This document shows positions 11,200 to 20,900 of a stretch of 36,711 bases of DNA, piece by piece (position 1 is the stretch's first letter; every line of letters starts with the position of its first letter). A program made the position numbers and the translations under genes. Source of the stretch: Sporopachydermia quercuum (Eukaryota); NCBI GenBank assembly GCA_001599295.1, contig BCGN01000011.1, positions 372,001 through 408,711 of the forward strand. The letters run 5' to 3'. Below the pieces are notes generated by a model. That model had not been told where the DNA came from. It made no database searches and was given only the letters and a program-made list of their open reading frames with translations.

Positions 11200-12298
11200 A
11201 TGGGGGTGATTTAAAGCCTTTTACCGTTTTATTCCATATTTCATTTAGGTGTGGTAAATAGGAACCAATATGAACTCTTTTTTCTTGGTATAGCAAAGTT
11301 AAATTGGGTGCACTCATACCAAATAATCAACGGTTCTTTGGTATTGGGTAGTATTGTTGACTTATTTAAGAGAAGATGAAAGTAACGGTGGAGAGTATTG
11401 ATGAGGATCTATACAACGTTAAACAGAAAACGGAAAGGTTGCATTATAGTAGGATCTCTAGAAACATGTGTTTGAAGTAAGAAAGTATAATGACACCAGA
11501 ACATTCAAAGCGAAAGAACGAAAAGCTCTTTGTCAAACATGCAGGAATAAGCTTTGATCCTCAATTGTCTTTCTTTGGCTTAAGTGTTCCCAACCACATT
11601 GCACTTCACAATTGGAGGCAAGTTCCAAGAATTGACGCTTCTAATTAAATATTTGCTGTTTCTTTGGAGTACGATAATTCTCAAACTAGGCCCTTGAACT
11701 GTTCTTTTGCTTTCTTCGGATCACCAATTAACGACCAAGGGACCATACGATTACTGATTATGTAATCCACATTACACATCTCCATCACGCACAATAAATC
11801 ATCAATAATATTCATTGTGCATCCGTTCAGTGCCTATAACAATTTCCCCACACCAAATACTGTCGACTATATTTCTGGATCTATTCTCACCTGCACATTT
11901 ACTTTCTCCTATCATTCCTATCTGGCACTCTTACGCACAACCTTTACTCCACTCACATATTTGTTTGCTACATCGCATCTCATCTCAGACATTCTATCTC
12001 AAGCCCTCCCCCCAGCATAATCTCTACAAGTAGTGCCTAGTCCCATTTTTATCTGTAGGGCACAATAATTGACAATCAGTCATAACGATATAATCATAAA
12101 AGACTACTGTTCTTATCACTAGAAGATAACAGATAAGGATTCCAGTCAATCAATCGTAGTTTTCCTCGTACCGACACTGTATTCTTTATTTTATCACCAG
12201 AAGAGAACTAGTCAATTGCTGCTACCAATCATTCTGGCAAAATATACTACACAATACATTGAAGGCTGGTACACTACTTCTGCAACAACCAGATAACA

Positions 12299-14419
12299 AT
12301 GGGTCATTTAGTTACAGTATCAACATGCAATCTGAACCAATGGGCCCTTGATTTCGAAGGAAATAGAGATAGGGTCATCAAAAGTATCCAAATTGCTAAG
12401 AAACAAGGGGCAAGACTTCGGGTAGGACCTGAACTAGAAATCACGGGTTATGGCTGTTTGGATCATTTCTTAGAAGGTGACACCTACCTACATGCTTGGG
12501 AGATGTATTCTCAAATCCTTGCTCATGAAGACACTCATGACATTTTGTTAGACATTGGAATGCCCATTGTGCATAAAAATGTCAAATATAACTGTCGTAT
12601 TCTGTCTTATCAGCAGAAAATCCTACTTATCAGACCAAAGCTCTGGTTAGCTAATGATGGTAACTATAGAGAAATGAGATATTTCACTCCCTGGCAAAGA
12701 CCAAGATATGTTGAGAAGTTTGTATTGCCAAGAATAATTCAACAGATCTCTGGGCAGGTGGAAGTTGATTTTGGTGATGCTGTCATTTCTACCTTGGATA
12801 CATGCATAGGAGCTGAAACATGTGAAGAGTTGTTCACACCTGATTCTCCCCATATAGCAATGGCACTAGATGGAGTCGAAATATTTACAAATTCCAGCGG
12901 GTCTCACCATGAGCTTCGGAAATTAAATACACGTATGAAATTGATTACTGAAGCTACTACAAAATGCGGAGGCATTTATTTATATGCTAATCAAAGAGGA
13001 TGTGATGGTGATAGGTTGTATTATGATGGATGTGCATTGATTGTTGTCAACGGTGATGTTGTTGCTCAAGGATCACAGTTTGGCCTCGAAGATGTTGAAG
13101 TTGTTACTGCAACTGTCGACTTAGAAGATGTTAGATCTTATAGAAACTCAATGGCTCATGGGCTACAAAGTACTACTACACCTGTTTATACAAGAGTGAA
13201 AGCTTCAATTGAACTATCACCCAATGCTCTAACATTTGATCCAACTATATCACCTTCAAAAGTTATACCATTACGGTATCATTCGCCACCTGAAGAAATT
13301 GCTTTGGGGCCTGCTTGTTGGTTATGGGATTATATAAGAAGATGTCGTGGTGCTGGTTATTTCCTGCCATTATCAGGAGGTATTGATTCATGCGCTACAG
13401 CTATGATTGTTCATTCCATGTGTAGAAATGTTGCAGAAGCTGCAAAATCTGGTAATGAACAAGTGATAAAAGATGCTAGAACGGTTGCTGGTTTGCCTGA
13501 AGATTCTGACTATGTTCCATCTGATCCAAAGGAATTTGCTAGTAGAATCTTTCATACCTGTTTTATGGGTACTGAGAACTCCTCTAAGGAAACCAGAGCC
13601 CGGGCCAAAGAGCTTGCGACGGAAATTGGTGCCTATCACGTTGATNTGAACATGGATAATCTTGTTACAGCCGTAACAAACCTGTTTGAAGTAGTGACAG
13701 GTAAAAGACCCGTTTTCAAGATCTTTGGTGGATCCAATATTGAAAATTTGGCATTACAGAATATCCAAGCAAGGCTTCGAATGGTTCTTGCTTATTTGTT
13801 TGCTCAGTTATTGCCTTGGGTTAGAGGTAGAAATGCTGGTGGTTTGCTAGTACTAGGTAGCGCTAATGTTGATGAATGTCTTCGTGGATATCTAACTAAA
13901 TACGATTGTTCTAGTGCTGACATTAATCCTATTGGTGGTATATCAAAAACCGATTTGAAAGCTTTTATTGCTTATGCCAGAGATGAGTTTAAGATACCTA
14001 TCCTTCAAGACTTTTTAACTGCTACCCCAACTGCTGAATTAGAGCCAATTACCAAAGAATATGTTCAATCTGATGAGGCTGATATGGGCATGACTTACGA
14101 AGAACTATCAGTGTTTGGTAGATTGCGTAAAGTTGGTAAATGTGGTCCTTATAGCATGTTCATCAAACTTTATCACGAATGGACTCCTAGATTGACTCCT
14201 AGTGAAGTAGCAGTTAAAGTGAAAAGGTTTTTCTTTTATTATGCCATCAATAGACATAAGCAAACTGTTTTGACTCCTTCATATCATGCAGAACAATATT
14301 CACCTGACGATAATAGATTTGATCTTCGGCCATTTTTGATTAATCCAAGATTTACGTGGGCATCAAAGAAGATTGATGAGATTGTTGCTAAGTCTGAGGC
14401 TGAAAAGAAAGATCAATGA
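12299..14419 (+). CDS. QNS1: Glutamine-dependent NAD+ synthetase (706 aa, intronless)
   Basis: Nitrilase-like glutaminase domain ([44 protein letters not shown]) followed by the synthetase domain ([45 protein letters not shown]). Confidence 0.98.
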   Translation: MGHLVTVSTCNLNQWALDFEGNRDRVIKSIQIAKKQGARLRVGPELEITGYGCLDHFLEGDTYLHAWEMYSQILAHEDTHDILLDIGMPIVHKNVKYNCRILSYQQKILLIRPKLWLANDGNYREMRYFTPWQRPRYVEKFVLPRIIQQISGQVEVDFGDAVISTLDTCIGAETCEELFTPDSPHIAMALDGVEIFTNSSGSHHELRKLNTRMKLITEATTKCGGIYLYANQRGCDGDRLYYDGCALIVVNGDVVAQGSQFGLEDVEVVTATVDLEDVRSYRNSMAHGLQSTTTPVYTRVKASIELSPNALTFDPTISPSKVIPLRYHSPPEEIALGPACWLWDYIRRCRGAGYFLPLSGGIDSCATAMIVHSMCRNVAEAAKSGNEQVIKDARTVAGLPEDSDYVPSDPKEFASRIFHTCFMGTENSSKETRARAKELATEIGAYHVDXNMDNLVTAVTNLFEVVTGKRPVFKIFGGSNIENLALQNIQARLRMVLAYLFAQLLPWVRGRNAGGLLVLGSANVDECLRGYLTKYDCSSADINPIGGISKTDLKAFIAYARDEFKIPILQDFLTATPTAELEPITKEYVQSDEADMGMTYEELSVFGRLRKVGKCGPYSMFIKLYHEWTPRLTPSEVAVKVKRFFFYYAINRHKQTVLTPSYHAEQYSPDDNRFDLRPFLINPRFTWASKKIDEIVAKSEAEKKDQ

Positions 14420-14446
14420 TTTCCAGTGTTTTCCAGTGTTTTCCAG
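14420..14446 (+). repeat. 10-bp tandem repeat (TTTCCAGTGT x~2.7) just after the QNS1 stop
   Basis: TTTCCAGTGT TTTCCAGTGT TTTCCAG. ATGATTTCCA occurs at both 14416-14425 and 14449-14458. Confidence 0.8.
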
Positions 14447-14571
14447 CGATGATTTCCATCTAGTACTCGTGGTATAACTGAAGTGAACATATTACAATAG
14501 TGGCACTATCAGTAGTATTGCTGTTATTGATTGGTACCATCATCTCATATGTTCTTCTATCTTATCTTCTC

Positions 14572-16303
14572 TTATCTCATTCTGCCAAATAAAGGTCTCT
14601 CTGTAAAGCTCAATCTATCATTTCTTCTCCAGAAGTCAATTAGCTGATAAGCGTCAGTTAGAATTTGAATCTCCATCAATAAATACAAACATGAATCTGA
14701 TTTCTATGGATACACCAAAAAATAATGTGACTTACAGATAAAGCAGTTTTTCTAGGTACATCCTCTTGGATAAAATGGCCTGAATCGTTGAAAACTATCA
14801 ATTGATATTTACCTATTAAAGGATAAGTCGTTAGTTTGTTAGTTTCCTTGTTTGTTAGGTAAATCAGTTGTTATAATAGATAATTATAATAGCTAATTGT
14901 AGTAAATAATCATAGTAAATAGTCATAGTAGCTAATTATAGTAGGTGTAAAGGTAAATGCAAACGTATATATTCTTACCTTGCATTTGGCCTATCATTAA
15001 ATCTTTATCTAAAGTATCTGTCCCAGCAAGGATTAATAGTTTCGCAGCTGGAACGCTTAGAAATTTACTAGATAGATAAACAAACCAGGCTATTAGATTT
15101 TTGATGTTAGTATGAATAATTCAGTTGAGGAAACCTATGAGATCCTGCTGTTGTAATGTTTAATGTGTCCCAGCTATCTGACATCTGCCAGCATACTCAT
15201 CATTTATCTTTATCAAATCCTGTTAATTATCATTTCACTTACTATCCCAATAAACCTTCGTTTGATACAAATCTGTTACCCATTCATATTTATACTTTTT
15301 CTTTGTGTTTTCCCCACAGGGTTTCATGATACCAGGAACACTCACACAGGCAGACTGCTTATTCCGTATTGTCCCTGATTTCACATGCCATTCAATTGCC
15401 TCCTCGAGTGAATTGAAGCCTTTAGGTCTTCTATCGAGATACTGAGGCATTGTTAGTAGAGCTCTTATTGCTGTTTCCTCTACTACATCAAAAATACAGA
15501 CTCCTGTTGGTTTTATTTCCAATTTAGTACTTAAAGCAGCATTCGATATAACCGATCCTCCCAGACTGTGGCCCACAAAAAATAGCGAGGGATGATTCTC
15601 AGTTGTCCAATTCTGTTGTTTTATCAGCTCATTGACTATGAAAATGAAATCAGATACTAGTTCTTCAAGGCTATAGTCTATATTTGTATCGGAGCATGAG
15701 GTCATGCCATGGCCCCGAGCGTCAAAAGCAAGAACTCCGCCAATTTCTGTCTCTTTATGCAGAGGGTCCTTGTTGTTTTCTTCTGCCATTGATTTCTGCA
15801 ATTCTGTAGATAACAACGCAAATGACAAGGCACCCGAGCCTGCTCCGTGATGGCAGATGAATAACGGAGATGAAGTGTCTTTAGGAGGAGAATAATAAAC
15901 GTTGAAAACAATTCCATTGGATTTAGTGAATGTGAAGTTTTCCTCGAAATAATCTGACCATTCTGCCGGTTTGAATGTGTTTTGGTTAGATAAGCTAAAG
16001 ATAGATGTTATTGTTAGTATATAAGCTTAGTGTGGAATGGCATGAAAGAAGAGCAAGATAAAGTAGGAGATGATCGTACGAAATATCTAACTTCTTAACA
16101 TATATTATAGCTTACATTGAGTGTTTCCTCGTAGAATTAGAGCTAGGAAATCCCAGTTCTCCAATAGAATCGCGATATTCTTCTTCGTTGATATCCGCTT
16201 GAGAATTAGAGCTATGATTGGTTCTACTAGAAGGATCAAAGCTGAGGAACTCCTCAGCTTGTTTCAACTTTTGTTGGAAAAGCTTCCGTTGAAATTCAGA
16301 CAT
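14572..16303 (-). CDS. PPE1: Protein phosphatase 2A methylesterase 1 (399 aa; exons 16303-16116, 15994-15243, 15089-14979, 14812-14736, 14643-14572)
   Basis: Introns 16115-15995 (GTAAGC), 15242-15090 (GTAAGT), 14978-14813 (GTAAGA) and 14735-14644 (GTAAGT), each with a CTAAC branch site and YAG acceptor. The spliced protein has [71 protein letters not shown] and LIDFWRRND. Confidence 0.95.
14872..14944. repeat. 13-bp minisatellite (~5.6 copies) inside PPE1 intron 3
   Basis: TATAATAGATAAT / TATAATAGCTAAT / TGTAGTAAATAAT / CATAGTAAATAGT / CATAGTAGCTAAT / TATAGTAG. Confidence 0.85.
15115..15208 (-). ncRNA. Candidate intronic box C/D snoRNA in PPE1 intron 2
   Basis: Sense-strand box C ATGATGA (15203-15197) and box D CTGA (15124-15121) span 83 nt, flanked by a GATAA/TTATT terminal stem. 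Two internal CAGA are possible D' boxes. No clear C' box or convincing rRNA guide recognised. Confidence 0.3.
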
Positions 16304-17527
16304 TGGATATCAATATTGTGTTAATACGAGAAGAAAGTATCAGGAGCTTTGACCCATTTGATAGCAAGTGTTGGCTTATTACTAATAAAGCTCTAGCGAT
16401 TGGTGCCATATGTCTTTGGCAATGAGCATACGATATGATAAGACAATTCACGGTATTCTGTCTTCCTGCCGCTATTTATTTATTGATCTATCAATTGAAA
16501 GGAAGTAGTAGTGATAACATCATTCGGATCATAGTAGATAGCAATAATGATGATGATATGATTCACCAATCTGTATTGATAACAAATCCTCTGATAGGAA
16601 ATTGTAGAGAAATGCCTGAGAATGAGCAATCATCCATATCGTCTACTATATGAACTTCTACATGCATATGCAAGGAATATGTAGGCAGAGTTAGGATTGA
16701 GTAATAGATACTGCATGAAAAGCAAAAAAGAAAGGCAAAAACAAAGATGCAAATTATGAAAAATCAGACAAAAGAGCACTATATATAACAAAGAACTTTC
16801 ATTTAAATTTTTGTAATAATAATCGGTATATTGTTATCATAATTTGCTATATGATGAGCAGAATAGCTTATACTAGGACATTAAGCTTAGAAGGATGTAG
16901 GAACATACATGATTCGTACATGGAATATGCTACTACTTACTATACTACACTTCTCATTGATGGTCTGCTTTCTTAGAATAATACCCTCAACAATGTATTT
17001 ACTTTTAGTATNAATATTATCTATTTATTCATATTGGAGCTGCTTATTAATTATAGTCTTCCAGTATTCATTTGATATACAACTACTTGAGGATTCTATC
17101 TTTAGCATGAGCAAGTAGTAGAAAGCAATTAAGTTTGACAAAACATACTAATGCATATTAGTGCGTCATAAGGTAAACTGTTCGGTGAGATGGGAAATGT
17201 CTCTGAACCTTCTTTTTTCTTNCAATTACCAGGCAAAACCCCCTTGGAAAGTGTTTATTCCTAACACCTGCCTTATGAATATGCCTTCCCCTGCAGTAAG
17301 CTGATACCTGCTTATGTGCCTCAGGCACTATCTTCTTGTCAATAAAAACAGAAACAACGAATTAGGATCAAAGATAGTAAAAAAATATGGAGATCAATAT
17401 GTGTTATCATAGGTTTTGACTCTGAAAAGTGTTGTCTAATCATATTCCTATAAACCTGCAGAAGCGTTGTTTTCTCCTTGTATACAACTAACTTATAGTA
17501 TATAAACTTTTTTCCCGTTTCCATAAT

Positions 17528-17601
17528 GACTCCGTGGCCAAGCTGGTTAAGGCGCACGACTGTTAATCGTGAGATCGAGAGTTCGATCCTCTCCGGGGTC
17601 G
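17528..17601 (+). tRNA. tRNA-Asn (anticodon GTT), intronless, 74 nt
   Basis: GACTCCG/CGGGGTC acceptor stem, TGGCCAAGCTGG A box, CACGA-CTGTTAA-TCGTG anticodon arm, GTTCGATCC B box. TATAAA lies upstream at 17501-17506. Confidence 0.98.
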
Positions 17602-17606
17602 GCTAC

Positions 17607-17612
17607 TTTTTT
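17607..17612 (+). terminator. Pol III oligo(dT) terminator of tRNA-Asn
   Basis: A run of at least 6 T starting 6 nt after the discriminator base. Confidence 0.8.
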
Positions 17613-17825
17613 NATTGTTTATAATAAAAAAGTATATCTCTACTGAAATGTACTTAATNTTGTCTTCAATTATATATAATATGATTTTATTTTTAGTAAT
17701 TATCTTGTGTATCAGTCTGTTTGCTTGATTTCTTTTTGATGGATACGNCCAATGAGTGATAAACCGATACGTGTGCCATATAGGCTAGACAGTAAGATGA
17801 GTTATGCTTAATATTAATGTTTCTG

Positions 17826-17882
17826 TTACTATTACTATTACTACTACTATTATTGTTAGTGTTACTACTGTTATTATAGTTA
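17826..17882. repeat. Degenerate (TAY/TTA)n microsatellite downstream of KOG1
   Basis: TTACTATTACTATTACTACTACTATTATTGTTAGTGTTACTACTGTTATTATAGTTA. It explains the spurious Asn/Ser- and Thr/Ile-rich ORFs here. Confidence 0.75.
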
Positions 17883-17994
17883 ACATTCTGGTTACCATTA
17901 ACACCACCTTTAAATACCATAAACATTATCATATACAATACAACTTATGCCCCATCCCTATAATAAGTTATAAGACCTCACAACCTTTTCTTTA

Positions 17995-20900
17995 CTATCT
18001 AAATTCGTGCTTCAAATTTTCAGTACAATTAAATATATTCACCGAAGTCTCATGCAAATTAGAACTTGCCAAAACCATTCGATGGGGATGGAAACATACA
18101 TCCGACAAAAATGAAGCCCTTGAATGAAGCATATATCCACCAGGATTCTTAATAGATGACACTTCTTCTCCATTGGTTGTGAATATCTTGACCGATCTCG
18201 ACCCGGTAGCAATAACAGGCGCATGCTCATGAATCTGCATAGTAGTCATATTTCGTTCATATGCTCTAAATTGTACCACTGGTTCGTCCATTCGAATATC
18301 CCATAAATTCACCTTCCCATTAACTGACCCACTAGCAAGTTCTCTATATCCTCCCCTTTGCATATGGAGATTAATAATCCAATCGCTATCACTTTTCCAA
18401 AGTCTAACCATACAATCTCTAGAATCTAACCTTCGATCATAAACTCTTATGGTTCCATCACCAAATCCTGCTGTTATCACATCTCCCGCTACTTGATCTG
18501 AGGACAGAGAGCTAAGTGTGCTTGACGACCTTCCCGGTATTTCCGAAATGCATAATTCTCGGGCAGCATCCCAAACTCTTATCACTTTAACGTCTCCACT
18601 TACCAGTAATGTTCCTCTGCTTTGCTGCCACTCTGACACTAATCCCTTTGTTCTGCTGGATATAAGCATTTCACTCAAAGCTCTCCACGAGGTAACCAAT
18701 TGCATGTTTCTGTTGTCNTGAAAGTTCTTGAAGATNCGAACCACACCATCACTGGTCCCTGTAAGCAATAGGGGTTCGTCGTCCTCATTAATGAATTTCA
18801 CGTCAGTAATTTTAGTGCCGAACGGATTCCCATTGCAGAATCGGTTCATCAGGGTATTATTAGTCCAGTCCCAGATGCTTACGTTATCTCGGTCATCGGT
18901 TACGGCCATAAACGGCTCAAATTGGGAGAAGAGAAGCTTTTTAGGTTGTGTTCCGTTGTTGAAATAGCCAATTTGGGTACGCCAGCTTCCGTTTACAGCC
19001 AGTTCTTTCTGCGGTTGAGTTTCAATCATAATCTGTTCATTCCGATTCCTGCGCCAGATCCGTTTGGTGTATTCAACACTCCCGGGTTCATCCATTTCTT
19101 GCCGTTTCATCTGTGGTTCCGAGAAATACTCACAGCTCCATTTGAAGAACCCAGAACAGACCGGAAACGTTACCGAGTCTTGATTGAGTTCAAAGTATGG
19201 CTGGAGAGCGCTCATTCCGGCTCCTGGACCACTTGGGCCGGTTATAGNTTTCCCGGATTTATCCGCCGGAGCCAAACGGTCTAGCCGAGGTGTCAACGGC
19301 ATTTTCACAGTTCCGTAGCTTTGGGTCATTGGANTTTTCTTCTGTTCGGGTCTTTGAGCATTCCGTTGAGTTTCAGCTGTTCCCGGAGTTCCAGACATTC
19401 CGATTATTCCTGAATCGAATCCGAGTTTTTCCACCAAGTTAGCTAACGATCGGGTCATTGATTCCGAGAACATTTTAGCGGCTTCAGAAATCGTGTTTGC
19501 CGACTCCCACGAATTGGGTAATTCTGCCGAAGTCCTGTTGTGAACGTCGGACGAAATCGGAATAGTTCTGGGTCCCTGGATGTTCCGATATGAGCTTGAA
19601 GCTGAAGTCGAGGCAGGCGACAAAGTTGTCAACGGCACGGTCTCGGCTAACTTGCCTCCGGTAACTTTAGAAATGACTGGTTTTCCTCCTACTCCCCGTA
19701 ATTCTCCGCCTGACTGCACCACGCTCGGAATGCCTGGCTGCTGTGCAGCTAAAAATGCAATCTGATCCCTCACTTCATCTCCTAATTCCGATTCTAGCAG
19801 CCGAGCGAATACGTAATCAACTACTCTAGACCCTTGGATTAAAACCTCTAGAAAAGGGTCTGTCGATAGAGTAAGCAAACATTTCCATATTGAAGCAAAT
19901 CCTGTTCTATATGCCGGGGATTGAGGTCTTAACTCTTCTAATCTCCCAGGGTCTTCTGCCAGAACAATTTCTTCCACCAGTTGAGCGTATGCAGCTACTA
20001 GGAATCTGCCGAGGTATCTTTTCACGAATTTGCCTAGTAAGAACACCAATTCCCTTCTTACTACGGCTGACCCGTCATCGGAGACTTTAAGAGCCGAAAT
20101 GATAGCTCTGACTTCCTGGCGGACTATTTCTTCCGGTATTTTGTTGTTAACACCCATTCCCAGACTCTCTTCAGACCTTGTTCCAGCGCCGCCAGTATTN
20201 GCACTATTACCTGCGGCAGAAGCCGGAGCAGTGGCAGTGGCGGTGGCGGTGGCTGAAGTGTGGCCGCCATCAGCCATTTGGGCCGCTTCTGCCGCACCCC
20301 CAATAGGCTCAGTCCCTGTAAATGTCCGCAAGGCGTATAAACAAGCCGTCCGAACCTCAGGAATAGGATCATCTAGTAAAGCTAGTAGTTCTTCGGGAAC
20401 ACCTTCCCGTAGTGCAATGATTTTCGCGTCCGGTTGGCCATCCCATAGCTGGGCCAGCAACAGACAGCACCATTCTCTTAGTAACGGCATTTCCGTCACT
20501 TTTATATGTGCCACACATGCTCGCAATACTTCTGGCACAGCCACAGCCCGTTGTCCCGCAGGAAATCCTTTACAAAACAGAGTCAGAACAAATGCACACA
20601 TCGCCCGTAGATTATAGGCATCACTAGCAATCATTGGTAAAACAGTGGCTGGTGATAAAATCTGTACAAAGTATATATATCCCCTGTCTTTCATGAGATC
20701 CTGCTGAGTATTTGCATAGTCTACAGCCATAATTCTAGCCCATATAAACACTAGCACAGGCTTCAGCTCTTGCGCAGGACTCTGCAGCAGCTTTAGAACG
20801 TACGGGAAGATTCCAATAGACAATGCCAGGTAAACAGCCCACGGGCCAAGGTCTAAAAATCTACTGAGTAGTACGAGGGCTCTAAGCCTATGAACCTGTG

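Noticed and set aside
11216..11225. GCCTTTTAC resembling U5 snRNA loop 1
   Set aside because: The flanks do not form the closing stem and no Sm site is appropriately placed.
17442..17450. ATATTCCTA, identical to the snR30/U17 m1 motif
   Set aside because: No downstream m2 (AAACCAT) or matching hairpin-ACA arrangement.
17693..18127. Asn/Ser-rich and Thr/Ile-rich ORFs
   Set aside because: Translation artefacts of the TAY/TTA microsatellite.
20030..20617. 195-aa antisense ORF inside KOG1 (and the other short ORFs overlapping genes)
   Set aside because: Shadow ORF caused by stop-codon scarcity in the GC-rich, low-complexity KOG1 segment; no recognisable motifs.
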